64,000 bases of DNA. Origin: Escherichia coli (lineage in GTDB: Bacteria > Pseudomonadota > Gammaproteobacteria > Enterobacterales > Enterobacteriaceae). The notes beneath the pieces were generated by a model that worked only from the letters and a program-made list of their open reading frames with translations, was not told the origin of the DNA and did no database searches. The stretch lies in NCBI RefSeq assembly GCF_001677475.2, contig NZ_CP015229.1; one strand, 5' to 3'. Positions 1 through 11,980 of this stretch are shown in pieces. Position numbers and translations under genes: made by a program. The number at the start of each line of letters is the position of its first letter. Positions within the stretch are counted from its first letter, which is position 1.

Positions 1-356
1 TCCGCACTTTTCCTGACAGTGAGTTTTTAATGCGTCAGCAAGGGCTGGCATGGTTCCGGTACCGTCTGACGCCTTCGGGTGAGGCGCATCGTCAGGCGAT
101 TCATCCTGGAGACGATCCACAGCCCTTAATTGAACGTGGTTGGGTAGTGGCGCAACCCATCACCTATGAAGATTTCTTGCCCGTTAGCGCGGCGGGGATC
201 TTCCAGTCAAATCTGGGTAATGAAACGCAGACACGCAGTCACGGTAATGCCAGTCGCGAAGCATTTGAGCAGGCGTTGGGTTGTCCGGTTTTGAATGAGT
301 TCCAGCTTTATCAGGAAGCGGAAGAACGCAGTAAACGTCGCTGTGGTTTGCTTTAA
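1..356 (+). CDS. ydcJ: 3' end of YdcJ-family protein gene (gene begins upstream of window)
   Basis: Open frame runs from window start to TAA at 354-356 with no upstream stop; position immediately upstream of opgD as in E. coli K-12. Confidence 0.7.
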   Translation, partial: RTFPDSEFLMRQQGLAWFRYRLTPSGEAHRQAIHPGDDPQPLIERGWVVAQPITYEDFLPVSAAGIFQSNLGNETQTRSHGNASREAFEQALGCPVLNEFQLYQEAEERSKRRCGLL

Positions 357-580
357 ATTCTGACCATCCGCCTTTGCAAAAATTTGCCTGATTTTACAAT
401 CGAATCAGGCTCATCCCATCGACATAAAAAAATTGCCAATTTATGCATATTCTCTGAGTTCAACAATTGGATTATTAATAAATATTGTCTAGAGTGAGCG
501 GTCATAAATAAGCACTTTCTTGCCGCTGAAAACGACCAGCGCGGGACCATTCACAACACCAGAAGGACTCACTTTCAGGT

Positions 581-2236
581 ATGGATCGTAGACGATTTAT
601 TAAAGGTTCAATGGCTATGGCCGCCGTGTGCGGTACCAGCGGCATTGCTTCTCTTTTTTCTCAGGCGGCATTCGCGGCAGATTCTGATATTGCCGACGGG
701 CAAACTCAGCGTTTTGACTTCTCCATTCTACAGTCAATGGCGCACGACTTAGCGCAAACAGCGTGGCGTGGTGCGCCGCGTCCGTTACCTGACACGCTGG
801 CGACAATGACGCCGCAGGCTTATAACAGTATTCAATACGACGCCGAAAAATCGCTCTGGCATAACGTTGAGATCCGTCAACTGGACGCTCAGTTCTTCCA
901 TATGGGAATGGGATTCCGTCGCCGCGTTCGTATGTTTTCTGTTGATCCAGCAACACATCTGGCGCGTGAAATTCACTTTCGCCCGGAGTTGTTCAAATAC
1001 AACGATGCAGGTGTTGATACCAAACAATTAGAAGGGCAAAGCGATCTCGGCTTTGCCGGTTTTCGCGTGTTTAAAGCCCCCGAACTGGCGCGCCGTGATG
1101 TAGTATCATTCCTCGGCGCGAGTTATTTCCGCGCCGTTGATGATACATATCAATACGGTTTGTCCGCCCGCGGCCTGGCGATCGACACTTACACCGACAG
1201 TAAAGAAGAGTTCCCCGACTTTACCGCCTTCTGGTTTGATACGGTAAAACCGGGGGCAACCACCTTTACCGTTTATGCGTTGCTCGATAGCGCCAGCATT
1301 ACTGGTGCCTATAAGTTCACTATCCATTGTGAGAAAAGTCAGGTGATTATGGATGTGGAAAATCACCTGTATGCGCGCAAAGACATTAAACAGCTGGGCA
1401 TTGCGCCGATGACCAGCATGTTCAGCTGCGGTACTAATGAACGTCGGATGTGCGATACAATTCATCCGCAAATTCATGACTCTGATCGTCTGTCCATGTG
1501 GCGGGGCAACGGCGAGTGGATTTGCCGTCCGCTGAATAATCCGCAAAAATTGCAGTTCAATGCTTACACCGACAACAACCCGAAAGGGTTTGGTTTATTG
1601 CAACTGGATCGTGATTTCTCCCATTATCAGGACATTATGGGCTGGTATAACAAACGCCCAAGTCTGTGGGTGGAACCGCGTAACAAGTGGGGTAAGGGCA
1701 CCATCGGCCTGATGGAAATCCCAACAACGGGCGAAACGCTGGATAACATTGTCTGCTTCTGGCAGCCAGAAAAAGCTGTAAAAGCGGGTGATGAGTTTGC
1801 ATTCCAGTATCGTCTGTACTGGAGTGCGCAACCGCCTGTTCATTGCCCATTAGCGCGCGTTATGGCAACGCGTACCGGCATGGGCGGTTTCCCGGAAGGT
1901 TGGGCGCCAGGTGAACACTATCCCGAAAAATGGGCGCGTCGTTTTGCCGTCGATTTCGTTGGTGGTGATCTGAAAGCTGCCGCACCAAAAGGCATTGAGC
2001 CGGTGATTACGCTTTCCAGTGGGGAAGCGAAGCAAATCGAAATTCTCTATATTGAACCCATTGATGGTTATCGTATTCAGTTTGACTGGTATCCGACGTC
2101 GGACTCCACTGATCCGGTCGATATGCGGATGTATCTGCGTTGTCAGGGCGACGCTATCAGTGAAACATGGCTGTATCAGTATTTCCCGCCAGCGCCGGAT
2201 AAACGTCAGTATGTTGACGACCGCGTGATGAGTTAA
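581..2236 (+). CDS. opgD: Glucans biosynthesis protein D (periplasmic, Tat signal)
   Basis: 551 aa; N-terminal twin-arginine motif RRRFIK followed by hydrophobic stretch and AFA cleavage-like site; matches recalled OpgD/MdoD length and sequence. Confidence 0.93.
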   Translation: MDRRRFIKGSMAMAAVCGTSGIASLFSQAAFAADSDIADGQTQRFDFSILQSMAHDLAQTAWRGAPRPLPDTLATMTPQAYNSIQYDAEKSLWHNVEIRQLDAQFFHMGMGFRRRVRMFSVDPATHLAREIHFRPELFKYNDAGVDTKQLEGQSDLGFAGFRVFKAPELARRDVVSFLGASYFRAVDDTYQYGLSARGLAIDTYTDSKEEFPDFTAFWFDTVKPGATTFTVYALLDSASITGAYKFTIHCEKSQVIMDVENHLYARKDIKQLGIAPMTSMFSCGTNERRMCDTIHPQIHDSDRLSMWRGNGEWICRPLNNPQKLQFNAYTDNNPKGFGLLQLDRDFSHYQDIMGWYNKRPSLWVEPRNKWGKGTIGLMEIPTTGETLDNIVCFWQPEKAVKAGDEFAFQYRLYWSAQPPVHCPLARVMATRTGMGGFPEGWAPGEHYPEKWARRFAVDFVGGDLKAAAPKGIEPVITLSSGEAKQIEILYIEPIDGYRIQFDWYPTSDSTDPVDMRMYLRCQGDAISETWLYQYFPPAPDKRQYVDDRVMS

Positions 2237-2375
2237 TTGTTTTTTCTTCGGCACCTTCTTCGGGAGGTGCTGTCTGGTTAAACACGATCCCGCTCGCATT
2301 TTTCCCTAAGTTAAATGAGTAATCTGATGGTGTGTATTTCAGATACAACTTGTCAGCCACTAACAGGGAGTGCGT

Positions 2376-2600
2376 ATGTTTCCAGAATACCGAGATTTAA
2401 TATCCCGTCTGAAAAACGAAAATCCTCGCTTTATGTCCTTGTTCGATAAACACAATAAACTTGATCATGAAATTGCCAGAAAGGAAGGTTCCGACGGTCG
2501 AGGTTACAATGCGGAAGTGGTCCGCATGAAAAAACAAAAGCTACAGTTAAAAGATGAGATGCTCAAAATCCTGCAGCAGGAGAGCGTCAAAGAGGTGTAA
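2376..2600 (+). CDS. ydcH: DUF465-family small protein YdcH
   Basis: 74 aa from ATG 2376 with GGGAG Shine-Dalgarno at 2366-2370; the track ORF starts 6 nt earlier at GTG. Confidence 0.85.
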   Translation: MFPEYRDLISRLKNENPRFMSLFDKHNKLDHEIARKEGSDGRGYNAEVVRMKKQKLQLKDEMLKILQQESVKEV

Positions 2601-2662
2601 ACTTTCCTAAGCCGCCAGCCAGGCGGCTTTTTTAACAACTGCATGGATTGACTGGAGATAAG

Positions 2663-3202
2663 ATGACTGAAACGATAAAAGTAAGCGAATCACTTGAATT
2701 ACATGCTGTTGCGGAAAGTCATGTCACACCTCTTTATCAGTTAATCTGTAAAAATAAAACCTGGTTACAGCAGTCGCTAAACTGGCCGCAGTTCGTTCAG
2801 AGTGAAGAGGACACGCGAAAAACGGTGCAGGGTAATGTGATGTTGCATCAACGCGGCTATGCCAAAATGTTCATGATTTTCAAAGAAGATGAACTTATCG
2901 GCGTTATCTCGTTTAATCGAATTGAACCACTGAATAAAACCGCTGAAATCGGCTACTGGCTGGACGAATCTCATCAGGGGCAGGGGATCATTTCTCAGGC
3001 GTTGCAGGCACTGATTCATCATTACGCCCAGTCTGGTGAACTTAGACGCTTCGTGATCAAATGTCGGGTGGACAATCCGCAAAGCAACCAGGTCGCTTTG
3101 CGCAATGGTTTTATTCTTGAAGGTTGCCTGAAACAGGCTGAGTTCCTGAATGATGCCTATGATGATGTGAACTTATACGCGCGTATTATCGATTCACAAT
3201 AA
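2663..3202 (+). CDS. rimL: Ribosomal protein L7/L12 serine N-acetyltransferase
   Basis: 179 aa from ATG 2663 preceded by GGAG; GNAT-fold sequence; K-12 synteny. Confidence 0.9.
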   Translation: MTETIKVSESLELHAVAESHVTPLYQLICKNKTWLQQSLNWPQFVQSEEDTRKTVQGNVMLHQRGYAKMFMIFKEDELIGVISFNRIEPLNKTAEIGYWLDESHQGQGIISQALQALIHHYAQSGELRRFVIKCRVDNPQSNQVALRNGFILEGCLKQAEFLNDAYDDVNLYARIIDSQ

Positions 3203-4174
3203 CCCTGCCAGCGGCGTTCGCGTAATGCGCTCCTCGCCGTTAATGACTTTTGGACCACGGACATGAACCGTGTCGCCATCAAAGGCTTCAACGACGGCGT
3301 GGTCGGTTAACTCCACATGGTTTTCAATTATCACCGCATCTGTAATACGGCTCTTACCTTGTATTACAACGTGCTCGTCGAGCAGAATCGGTCCGCCACG
3401 TACCACGGCATTTCCGCCAATCAAGACATGATGTTTTAACACACAATTACCTTCCACAATGGCATATTCCGCCACCTGCGAACTGTAATGAATCGTCGGA
3501 ATGGCATCTTCTTCTATGCCAGCTTTCACCTGCGCGTGACCGTAGACTTTAGCGCAATCGCATAGCCATACGTTGTTCTCTTCATTACCTTCAACACTGG
3601 CAAAATCAAAAACTTCGGCGCGATGTTCAATAAAAGCATACCGGACGACGGCATCGCCATAAATTTGTGCCTGGTGGACAATACGCGAGGCGCTAACCCT
3701 CGCGCGATCATAAATTTGTAGCAGGAGTTGATGGTCGGGCGTTAAGCCTTGTGCGGCGACGATCATAGAATGTTGATCAATTAAGGCGTGACCAAATATT
3801 CTACATTGACCGCAAACTAATGAGTCACGAATGGTGACGCTGTCACTTATATATGCACCCTGGCTGATTTCACTATTATCGATCCAGACATTATCCGTTG
3901 CGTATACCTCTCCCCACAGCACGCTTATGCCGGTGATACGCGTATTCCCGGAAATCACCGCTCCGCCGAACGCAATAGCATTCTGGTCGTAAATCCAGCA
4001 ATTTCCTTCCTGTGCTAACACCGTTTCGCAATCGATCCAGCCGCCAGCGGTTCCTGCTATCACATCGTTAAAATCGCTCATGGCGATAATCTGCCGTAAT
4101 AACACACTTTTTTTAGTGCCATCATCCTGATAACTAAAGGCTCGCTGTTCTTCACTTAGACGATATTTGCGCAT
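3194..4174 (-). CDS. ydcK: Hexapeptide-repeat family protein YdcK
   Basis: 326 aa, repetitive hexapeptide-like composition; convergent with rimL as in K-12. Confidence 0.85.
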   Translation of the reverse strand: MRKYRLSEEQRAFSYQDDGTKKSVLLRQIIAMSDFNDVIAGTAGGWIDCETVLAQEGNCWIYDQNAIAFGGAVISGNTRITGISVLWGEVYATDNVWIDNSEISQGAYISDSVTIRDSLVCGQCRIFGHALIDQHSMIVAAQGLTPDHQLLLQIYDRARVSASRIVHQAQIYGDAVVRYAFIEHRAEVFDFASVEGNEENNVWLCDCAKVYGHAQVKAGIEEDAIPTIHYSSQVAEYAIVEGNCVLKHHVLIGGNAVVRGGPILLDEHVVIQGKSRITDAVIIENHVELTDHAVVEAFDGDTVHVRGPKVINGEERITRTPLAGLL

Positions 4175-4297
4175 AGCGTTTTCCCACAGGTGACTTACTA
4201 TAACCGTAGCAAATTCTGCGGCTCTGGCTATGCTCGAGAAAATTCCATAAAATGCATTTCAAATATACTTTATAAATTAAACAAAATGAGTAAGAAG

Positions 4298-5290
4298 ATG
4301 CAGAGCGATAAAGTGCTCAATTTGCCGGCAGGCTACTTTGGTATTGTGTTGGGGACGATAGGGATGGGATTTGCCTGGCGCTATGCCAGCCAGGTTTGGC
4401 AGGTCAGCCACTGGTTAGGGGATGGGCTGGTGATTCTGGCGATGATCATCTGGGGATTATTAACTAGCGCATTTATTACCCGACTCATACGCTTTCCGCA
4501 TAGCGTGCTGGCAGAAGTGCGCCATCCAGTGATGAGCAGTTTTGTGAGTTTGTTTCCGGCAACGACGATGCTGGTGGCGATTGGTTTTGTTCCGTGGTTT
4601 CGCCCACTGGCGGTGTGCCTGTTCAGTTTTGGTGTCGTGGTTCAGTTGGCTTATGCCGCCTGGCAAACTGCGGGATTATGGCGCGGATCTCACCCTGAAG
4701 AAGCTACCACGCCTGGACTGTATCTGCCGACAGTTGCCAACAACTTTATCAGCGCAATGGCCTGTGGTGCGTTGGGCTACACCGACGCCGGTCTGGTGTT
4801 TTTAGGCGCAGGCGTTTTCTCATGGCTAAGCCTTGAACCGGTGATCTTGCAGCGTCTGCGCAGTTCGGGAGAATTACCCACGGCACTGCGGACATCACTC
4901 GGCATTCAGCTCGCTCCTGCGCTGGTGGCCTGTAGTGCCTGGCTGAGCGTCAACGGCGGCGAGGGTGACACGCTGGCGAAAATGCTTTTCGGTTATGGAC
5001 TGCTGCAACTGCTGTTTATGCTACGTCTGATGCCATGGTATCTCTCCCAGCCATTTAATGCTTCATTCTGGAGTTTCTCGTTCGGCGTATCTGCACTGGC
5101 AACCACCGGTTTGCATCTGGGGAGTGGCAGCGATAATGGATTTTTCCATACGCTGGCGGTGCCGCTGTTTATCTTTACCAATTTTATTATTGCAATACTG
5201 CTCATCCGTACTTTTGCGCTTCTGATGCAGGGAAAATTGTTAGTCAGAACCGAGCGCGCCGTTTTAATGAAAGCAGAGGACAAAGAATGA
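4298..5290 (+). CDS. tehA: Tellurite resistance protein TehA (TDT family transporter)
   Basis: 330 aa polytopic membrane protein from ATG 4298 ([15 protein letters not shown]...); the track ORF has a 36-codon N-terminal extension judged non-coding. Confidence 0.92.
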   Translation: MQSDKVLNLPAGYFGIVLGTIGMGFAWRYASQVWQVSHWLGDGLVILAMIIWGLLTSAFITRLIRFPHSVLAEVRHPVMSSFVSLFPATTMLVAIGFVPWFRPLAVCLFSFGVVVQLAYAAWQTAGLWRGSHPEEATTPGLYLPTVANNFISAMACGALGYTDAGLVFLGAGVFSWLSLEPVILQRLRSSGELPTALRTSLGIQLAPALVACSAWLSVNGGEGDTLAKMLFGYGLLQLLFMLRLMPWYLSQPFNASFWSFSFGVSALATTGLHLGSGSDNGFFHTLAVPLFIFTNFIIAILLIRTFALLMQGKLLVRTERAVLMKAEDKE

Positions 5291-5880
5291 TCATTCGTGA
5301 CGAAAACTATTTTACTGATAAATATGAATTAACCCGTACACACTCTGAAGTACTGGAAGCGGTGAAAGTGGTTAAACCGGGTAAAACGCTGGATCTGGGC
5401 TGTGGCAATGGTCGTAACAGTCTTTACCTGGCAGCCAATGGTTATGATGTTGACGCATGGGATAAAAATGCCATGAGTATCGCCAACGTCGAGCGCATTA
5501 AATCCATTGAAAATCTGGATAATTTACACACCCGGGTCGTTGATCTGAATAACCTCACATTTGATGGACAGTACGATTTTATTCTTTCGACTGTGGTGCT
5601 GATGTTCCTTGAGGCTAAAACCATCCCAGGGCTGATTGCCAATATGCAACGTTGCACGAAACCTGGCGGTTACAACCTGATTGTGGCGGCGATGGATACC
5701 GCCGATTATCCATGTACCGTCGGCTTCCCGTTTGCCTTCAAAGAGGGAGAATTACGTCGATATTACGAAGGCTGGGAGAGGGTGAAATACAATGAAGACG
5801 TCGGCGAGCTGCACCGCACCGACGCCAACGGTAATCGTATTAAACTGCGTTTCGCCACGATGCTGGCACGTAAAAAATGA
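5287..5880 (+). CDS. tehB: Tellurite methyltransferase TehB (SAM-dependent)
   Basis: 197 aa; SAM-binding motif [15 protein letters not shown]; ATGA start/stop overlap with tehA. Confidence 0.92.
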   Translation: MIIRDENYFTDKYELTRTHSEVLEAVKVVKPGKTLDLGCGNGRNSLYLAANGYDVDAWDKNAMSIANVERIKSIENLDNLHTRVVDLNNLTFDGQYDFILSTVVLMFLEAKTIPGLIANMQRCTKPGGYNLIVAAMDTADYPCTVGFPFAFKEGELRRYYEGWERVKYNEDVGELHRTDANGNRIKLRFATMLARKK

Positions 5881-6182
5881 TCCGGTAAGAACAAAGCGCG
5901 TGAAAATTCCCCACGCTGAGATGGTTTACTGTTCTTCTTTTCGGTAAGCATATTTTTTATTGAAGGGATGTGAAATTAATCACAGTAGTCGAAGTTTTTT
6001 AGCAGCTTAACATACTGAAATTTAACTACTGATGATTGACTTAGCCCCTTTTTCGGCATTGACTATATCGTCTGAAAAGGGGCTAAAAAATTTATTTTCA
6101 CCAACACTTTTTTTGCCACAACACGAAGCGGCGCTTTTTGCTATAACTTAAAAAGTAATATAATCATCTCAGGAAACTATTC

Positions 6183-6851
6183 ATGCGTACCACATCATTT
6201 GCGAAAGTTGCAGCTTTATGCGGCTTGTTGGCTCTGTCTGGTTGTGCCTCTAAAATCACCCAGCCAGATAAATATTCTGGTTTTTTAAACAATTACTCTG
6301 ATTTAAAAGAAACAACCTCAGCAACAGGTAAACCTGTTTTACGTTGGGTAGACCCGAGTTTTGATCAAAGCAAATATGACAGCATTGTCTGGAACCCAAT
6401 CACTTATTATCCGGTACCAAAACCTTCTACCCAGGTAGGGCAGAAAGTTCTGGATAAAATTTTGAACTATACAAACACCGAAATGAAAGAAGCGATAGCG
6501 CAGCGTAAACCACTGGTTACCACCGCTGGGCCGCGTAGTCTGATTTTCCGTGGGGCCATTACCGGTGTAGATACCAGCAAAGAAGGGCTGCAATTCTATG
6601 AAGTGGTTCCTGTTGCATTAGTGGTTGCAGGGACGCAAATGGCTACAGGCCACCGTACCATGGATACTCGCCTCTATTTTGAAGGTGAACTGATTGATGC
6701 AGCGACGAATAAACCGGTTATCAAAGTCGTTCGTCAGGGCGAAGGTAAAGACCTGAATAACGAAAGTACGCCAATGGCTTTCGAAAATATTAAACAAGTT
6801 ATTGATGACATGGCGACCGATGCCACCATGTTTGACGTTAACAAAAAGTAG
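6183..6851 (+). CDS. ydcL: Lipoprotein YdcL
   Basis: 222 aa; lipoprotein signal peptide with lipobox LSGC. Confidence 0.85.
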   Translation: MRTTSFAKVAALCGLLALSGCASKITQPDKYSGFLNNYSDLKETTSATGKPVLRWVDPSFDQSKYDSIVWNPITYYPVPKPSTQVGQKVLDKILNYTNTEMKEAIAQRKPLVTTAGPRSLIFRGAITGVDTSKEGLQFYEVVPVALVVAGTQMATGHRTMDTRLYFEGELIDAATNKPVIKVVRQGEGKDLNNESTPMAFENIKQVIDDMATDATMFDVNKK

Positions 6852-6885
6852 TTCCAGACGCGCCGTCGTTAGATGGCGCTTTTTA

Positions 6886-8058
6886 TTATCGGTTTCTGTC
6901 AGCGATTAAATTCAACACCACGTAACAAACGCCTCCGGCAATTAAACCCCAAAACGCAGAACCAATCCCGACCAGTGTCAATCCACTTGCCGTTACCAGA
7001 AATGCCACCACCGCCGCGTCGCGCTCACGCTCATTATGCAGCGCCTGATACAAACTGCCGCCAATGGTACTTAACAGCGCCAGACCTGCCAGCATCTGGA
7101 TCCAACTTACGGGCAGGGCAGCCATCATCCCGGTAATGGCACTACCAAACAGACCTGCGAGCAAATAGAAAATGCCGGCAACGGCAGCTGCCAGCCAACG
7201 TTGATCTTTATCCGGATGCGCTTCCGGGCTTTGGCAAATAGCCGCGGTGATTGCCGCAATACCGACGGAATAAACGCCGAAAGGGGAAAAAACCAGTGCC
7301 AGCAATCCAGTAAATACAATTAATGGCGAAACAGGAGCTGAATATCCGGCTGCTTTCATTGCTGCGATACCCGGTGCGTTTTGCGATGCCATCGTCACCA
7401 GAAAAAGGGGGAGTGCAACGCTCAGGCTGTGAGCAAACGAAAAATCAGGGGTAATATAAGTGGGGAGAACGGGTTTAAAGACAATATCAGTTGTGACAAC
7501 GTCACCTTGCGCGATAACGATCACGATCCCAATAATCATCGCGGCAATTACCGCATAGCGCGGCGCAACGGCCCTGGTTGCCAGCCATACCAGCAACATA
7601 CTGCCACACAACGTAAATTGACCATCCAGACTGGCAAACGCCTGTAAACCAAAGCGTAATAAAATCCCGGCAAGCATTGCCGCCGCAAGCGAGTGTGGAA
7701 TAATGCGCATCAGACGAGCAAAGAGTCCCGTTATGCCGCAGAGGACTATTAACGCGTTGGTGACAATAAAAACGCCGATGGCTTCGTTAAGTGTTAGTCC
7801 CTGCAATCCGGTGACCAACAAAGCCGCGCCAGGCGTTGACCATGCGGTGAGAACAGGTACGCGATACCATAATGTCAGAGTCAGCGTACTGACGCCCATT
7901 GCCAGCCCCAGCGCCGTCATCCAGCCAGAGATTTGTGCAGTGGTGGCTCCGGCGACAATCGCTGCTTGCCAGATTATTGCCGCTGAACTGGCGTAGCCAA
8001 TTAATACCGCCAGAAACCCCGCCAGTAGCGTGGGTGGAGGAATAGAAAACAGACGCAT
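6886..8058 (-). CDS. ydcO: BenE-family inner membrane transporter YdcO
   Basis: 390 aa from ATG (complement of 8056-8058), N-terminus MRLFSIPPPTLLAGF; the 477-aa track ORF includes an upstream extension. Confidence 0.85.
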   Translation of the reverse strand: MRLFSIPPPTLLAGFLAVLIGYASSAAIIWQAAIVAGATTAQISGWMTALGLAMGVSTLTLTLWYRVPVLTAWSTPGAALLVTGLQGLTLNEAIGVFIVTNALIVLCGITGLFARLMRIIPHSLAAAMLAGILLRFGLQAFASLDGQFTLCGSMLLVWLATRAVAPRYAVIAAMIIGIVIVIAQGDVVTTDIVFKPVLPTYITPDFSFAHSLSVALPLFLVTMASQNAPGIAAMKAAGYSAPVSPLIVFTGLLALVFSPFGVYSVGIAAITAAICQSPEAHPDKDQRWLAAAVAGIFYLLAGLFGSAITGMMAALPVSWIQMLAGLALLSTIGGSLYQALHNERERDAAVVAFLVTASGLTLVGIGSAFWGLIAGGVCYVVLNLIADRNR

Positions 8059-8149
8059 AGTCACCTCGTGCGTTATAACGTACAGGTACCGTAGCATTTG
8101 TCCGTTATAACGCACAAGTGATAAACTTCCGTTTTGCCGGAGGAGTCGC

Positions 8150-8686
8150 ATGGAAAATCTCGCTCGCTTTTTATCCACCACACTTAAACAACTACGCCAG
8201 CAGCGCGGCTGGAGTCTTTCGCGATTGGCAGAAGCGACGGGCGTTTCTAAAGCGATGTTAGGGCAGATTGAGCGTAATGAATCCAGCCCGACGGTCGCGA
8301 CATTATGGAAAATTGCCACCGGGTTGAATGTGCCATTTTCGACATTTATTTCTCCGCCGCAGTCCGCAACGCCTTCAGTTTATGATCCACAACAGCAGGC
8401 GATGGTGATCACTTCGCTGTTTCCTTATGATCCACAACTCTGCTTTGAACACTTCTCGATTCAGATGGCATCTGGTGCAATAAGCGAATCGACGCCCCAT
8501 GAGAAGGGGGTAATCGAACATGTCGTCGTCATTGATGGACAACTTGATCTGTGCGTTGATGGTGAATGGCAGAGCCTTAATTGTGGGGAAGGCGCTCGAT
8601 TTGCTGCAGACGCCACGCATGTCTATCGTAATCGTGGGGAGCAAATCGTACATTTTCATTCCCTCATCCATTACCCGCGCAGTTAA
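8150..8686 (+). CDS. ydcN: HTH (XRE-type)/cupin transcriptional regulator YdcN
   Basis: 178 aa; N-terminal helix-turn-helix (SRLAEATGVSKAMLGQIERN) and C-terminal cupin-like region. Confidence 0.85.
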   Translation: MENLARFLSTTLKQLRQQRGWSLSRLAEATGVSKAMLGQIERNESSPTVATLWKIATGLNVPFSTFISPPQSATPSVYDPQQQAMVITSLFPYDPQLCFEHFSIQMASGAISESTPHEKGVIEHVVVIDGQLDLCVDGEWQSLNCGEGARFAADATHVYRNRGEQIVHFHSLIHYPRS

Positions 8687-8758
8687 GCGGGAAAACTATT
8701 TCGCAACGTCGCGCTTGTGGCTAAAATAGCCGCCATTTTTCAGCTACTGGATAAGAAT

Positions 8759-10720
8759 GTGACCGTATCTTCTCATCGACTTGAACTGTTAAGCCCGGCA
8801 CGCGATGCCGCCATTGCCCGCGAAGCTATTTTGCACGGTGCCGATGCTGTTTATATCGGCGGCCCTGGTTTTGGTGCCCGTCATAATGCCAGTAATAGCC
8901 TGAAAGATATTGCCGAGCTGGTGCCGTTTGCCCATCGTTATGGTGCAAAAATTTTCGTCACGCTTAACACCATTCTGCATGATGATGAGCTTGAACCCGC
9001 GCAACGGCTGATTACCGACCTCTACCAGACCGGCGTCGATGCGCTGATTGTTCAGGATATGGGGATTCTGGAACTTGATATTCCGCCGATTGAACTGCAC
9101 GCCAGTACGCAGTGCGACATTCGCACGGTAGAGAAAGCGAAGTTCCTTTCTGATGTTGGCTTCACGCAGATTGTGCTGGCACGAGAGCTGAATCTTGAGC
9201 AGATCCGCGCGATTCACCAGGCCACGGACGCGACCATTGAATTCTTTATTCATGGCGCACTGTGCGTGGCCTATTCGGGTCAGTGCTACATTTCTCATGC
9301 GCAAACAGGGCGTAGCGCCAACCGTGGCGATTGCTCGCAGGCGTGCCGTTTGCCATACACATTGAAAGACGATCAGGGGCGGGTGGTTTCCTATGAAAAA
9401 CATCTGCTGTCGATGAAAGATAACGATCAGACTGCCAACCTCGGCGCGCTGATTGATGCTGGCGTACGCTCCTTCAAGATTGAAGGGCGTTACAAAGATA
9501 TGAGCTACGTGAAGAATATCACCGCCCATTATCGCCAGATGCTGGATGCCATTATTGAAGAACGTAGCGATTTGGCGCGAGCTTCATCCGGTCGTACTGA
9601 GCACTTCTTCGTACCGTCGACGGAAAAAACCTTCCATCGTGGCAGCACCGACTACTTTGTTAACGCGCGTAAAGGCGATATTGGCGCATTCGATTCACCG
9701 AAATTTATCGGCCTGCCGGTGGGTGAAGTATTGAAAGTGGCGAAAGATCATCTTGATGTTGAGGTTACCGAACCGCTGGCTAACGGCGATGGACTGAACG
9801 TAATGATTAAGCGTGAAGTCGTCGGCTTTCGTGCCAACACGGTAGAGAAAACTGGGGAAAATCAGTACCGCGTCTGGCCAAATGAGATGCCAGTGGAGCT
9901 GCACAAAATTCGCCCGCACCATCCGCTTAATCGCAACCTCGACCATAACTGGCAGCAGGCGTTGACCAAAACCTCCAGCGAACGTCGGGTGGCGGTAGAC
10001 ATTGAACTGGGCGGCTGGCAGGAACAACTGATTCTGACTCTGACCAGCGAAGAGGGCGTCAGTATCACTCATACGCTGGACGGGCAGTTCGACGAAGCGA
10101 ATAACGCCGAAAAAGCACTCCTCAATCTGAAAGAGGGATTGTCGAAGCTTGGGCAAACCCTCTATTACGCCCGCGATGTGCAAATTAATTTGCCGGGGGC
10201 GCTGTTTGTACCAAACAGTCTGTTAAACCAGTTCCGCCGTGAAGCTGCCGACATGCTGGATGCTGCACGTCTTGCCAGTTACCAGCGGGGCAGCCGTAAA
10301 CCGGTTGCTGATCCTGCGCCGGTTTATCCGCAAACGCATCTGAGTTTCCTCGCGAACGTATACAACCAGAAAGCGCGTGAATTTTATCATCGCTATGGTG
10401 TGCAGCTGATTGACGCGGCGTATGAGGCACATGAAGAGAAGGGCGAAGTCCCGGTGATGATCACCAAGCATTGTCTGCGCTTTGCCTTTAATCTGTGCCC
10501 GAAACAGGCGAAAGGCAATATCAAAAGCTGGAAGGCGACGCCAATGCAACTGGTTAACGGCGATGAAGTGTTAACGCTGAAATTTGATTGCCGCCCATGC
10601 GAGATGCACGTCATTGGCAAAATCAAAAATCACATACTGAAAATGCCGTTACCGGGAAGCGTAGTGGCATCCGTAAGTCCGGATGAGCTGCTGAAAACAT
10701 TGCCGAAGCGAAAAGGGTAA
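8759..10720 (+). CDS. rlhA: Peptidase U32 family protein RlhA/YdcP (23S rRNA C2501 hydroxylation)
   Basis: 653 aa if initiated at GTG 8759, the recalled YdcP length; the track ORF begins at 8717; U32 family by sequence recall. Confidence 0.85.
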   Translation: MTVSSHRLELLSPARDAAIAREAILHGADAVYIGGPGFGARHNASNSLKDIAELVPFAHRYGAKIFVTLNTILHDDELEPAQRLITDLYQTGVDALIVQDMGILELDIPPIELHASTQCDIRTVEKAKFLSDVGFTQIVLARELNLEQIRAIHQATDATIEFFIHGALCVAYSGQCYISHAQTGRSANRGDCSQACRLPYTLKDDQGRVVSYEKHLLSMKDNDQTANLGALIDAGVRSFKIEGRYKDMSYVKNITAHYRQMLDAIIEERSDLARASSGRTEHFFVPSTEKTFHRGSTDYFVNARKGDIGAFDSPKFIGLPVGEVLKVAKDHLDVEVTEPLANGDGLNVMIKREVVGFRANTVEKTGENQYRVWPNEMPVELHKIRPHHPLNRNLDHNWQQALTKTSSERRVAVDIELGGWQEQLILTLTSEEGVSITHTLDGQFDEANNAEKALLNLKEGLSKLGQTLYYARDVQINLPGALFVPNSLLNQFRREAADMLDAARLASYQRGSRKPVADPAPVYPQTHLSFLANVYNQKAREFYHRYGVQLIDAAYEAHEEKGEVPVMITKHCLRFAFNLCPKQAKGNIKSWKATPMQLVNGDEVLTLKFDCRPCEMHVIGKIKNHILKMPLPGSVVASVSPDELLKTLPKRKG

Positions 10721-10811
10721 AACGCCAGTTTTCTGGTTACTCACCACTCATTGAATCTGCATGATATTGCCTGCCGGGTAAGGCGTCATGCCGCATCCGG
10801 CATCAAACGAC

Positions 10812-11042
10812 TCAACGTTGTCCTGCTTCTGGTTTGCGCGATTTTTGCCAGTAAAAATGCTCGCGCAAACCTTCCGCCGACTCTTCCGCCACAGCACGCA
10901 ATTCATCGCTGTCCGCTTCATGACGTAGCTGATGATCCACATTCTTTACCCACATAAATTCATGTCCTTTGTGCCCTGCCATGAGTTGTCCTGAGAACAG
11001 CGCACACGTTAATAAGACAACCGATAACGCCTTCGTAAACAT
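10812..11042 (-). CDS. yncJ: Secreted small protein YncJ
   Basis: 76 aa with N-terminal signal peptide. Confidence 0.8.
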   Translation of the reverse strand: MFTKALSVVLLTCALFSGQLMAGHKGHEFMWVKNVDHQLRHEADSDELRAVAEESAEGLREHFYWQKSRKPEAGQR

Positions 11043-11213
11043 CCCGCCACCTTTTTCTCACCTTTTGCCGCTATGATGCCGATCGTTTCTTGAGGTTCTT
11101 ATTCAGTTTTGCAAATTAGCGCAAAGAAATTCTGGAATCTTCCTTCCTGATTTTGCATTGCATTCTGCCGTTGCGGCGATTAAGTGCTATTTTCGAGCAA
11201 ATTACACACGGAG

Positions 11214-11231
11214 GTAAACACTAATGTTTAC
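11214..11231. promoter_or_regulatory. Inverted repeat GTAAACA-N4-TGTTTAC upstream of hicA; candidate HicB operator
   Basis: Perfect 7-bp arms read directly at 11214-11220 and 11225-11231, about 35 nt upstream of the hicA start. Confidence 0.3.
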
Positions 11232-11263
11232 TTTGTTGATATACTCAGCGGCAGGGAGGCGAT

Positions 11264-11440
11264 GTGAAACAAAGCGAGTTCAGACGTTGGCTCGAATCTC
11301 AGGGCGTCGATGTAGCGAATGGCAGCAACCATTTAAAACTAAGGTTTCACGGGAGGCGCAGTGTCATGCCGCGTCACCCCAGCGAAGAGATTAAAGAATC
11401 ATTGCGTCAAGCCATTCTGAAACTACTCAGTTTGAGTTAA
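11264..11440 (+). CDS. hicA: HicA mRNA interferase toxin (type II toxin-antitoxin)
   Basis: 58 aa from GTG 11264 with GGGAGG Shine-Dalgarno at 11254-11259 (VKQSEFRRWLESQGV...); absent from the ORF track because it is under 60 aa. Confidence 0.85.
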   Translation: MKQSEFRRWLESQGVDVANGSNHLKLRFHGRRSVMPRHPSEEIKESLRQAILKLLSLS

Positions 11441-11485
11441 TCGCCCATTAAAAAGGTTAATGACATGCGAGAGACAGTCGAAATT

Positions 11486-11902
<417 letters not shown>

Positions 11903-11980
11903 TAACAGTTAATGAAAAGTTGTCATTTTTAACAACTGATATAGACTGCCGAATCACCTGCACATAATAACGATTCGATA

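Noticed and set aside
4190-4297. N-terminal extension of tehA in the ORF track (similar extensions for ydcO, mnaT, curA, mcbR, yncE, ansP)
   Set aside because: Known protein lengths and Shine-Dalgarno positions support the internal start codons; the extensions use weak or alternative upstream starts.
6852-6885. IS element between ydcL and ydcO, as in K-12
   Set aside because: Only 34 bp separate the two genes here; no insertion sequence is present in this strain.
8789-9529. 246-aa minus-strand ORF inside rlhA/ydcP
   Set aside because: Antisense to a conserved host gene with confident assignment.
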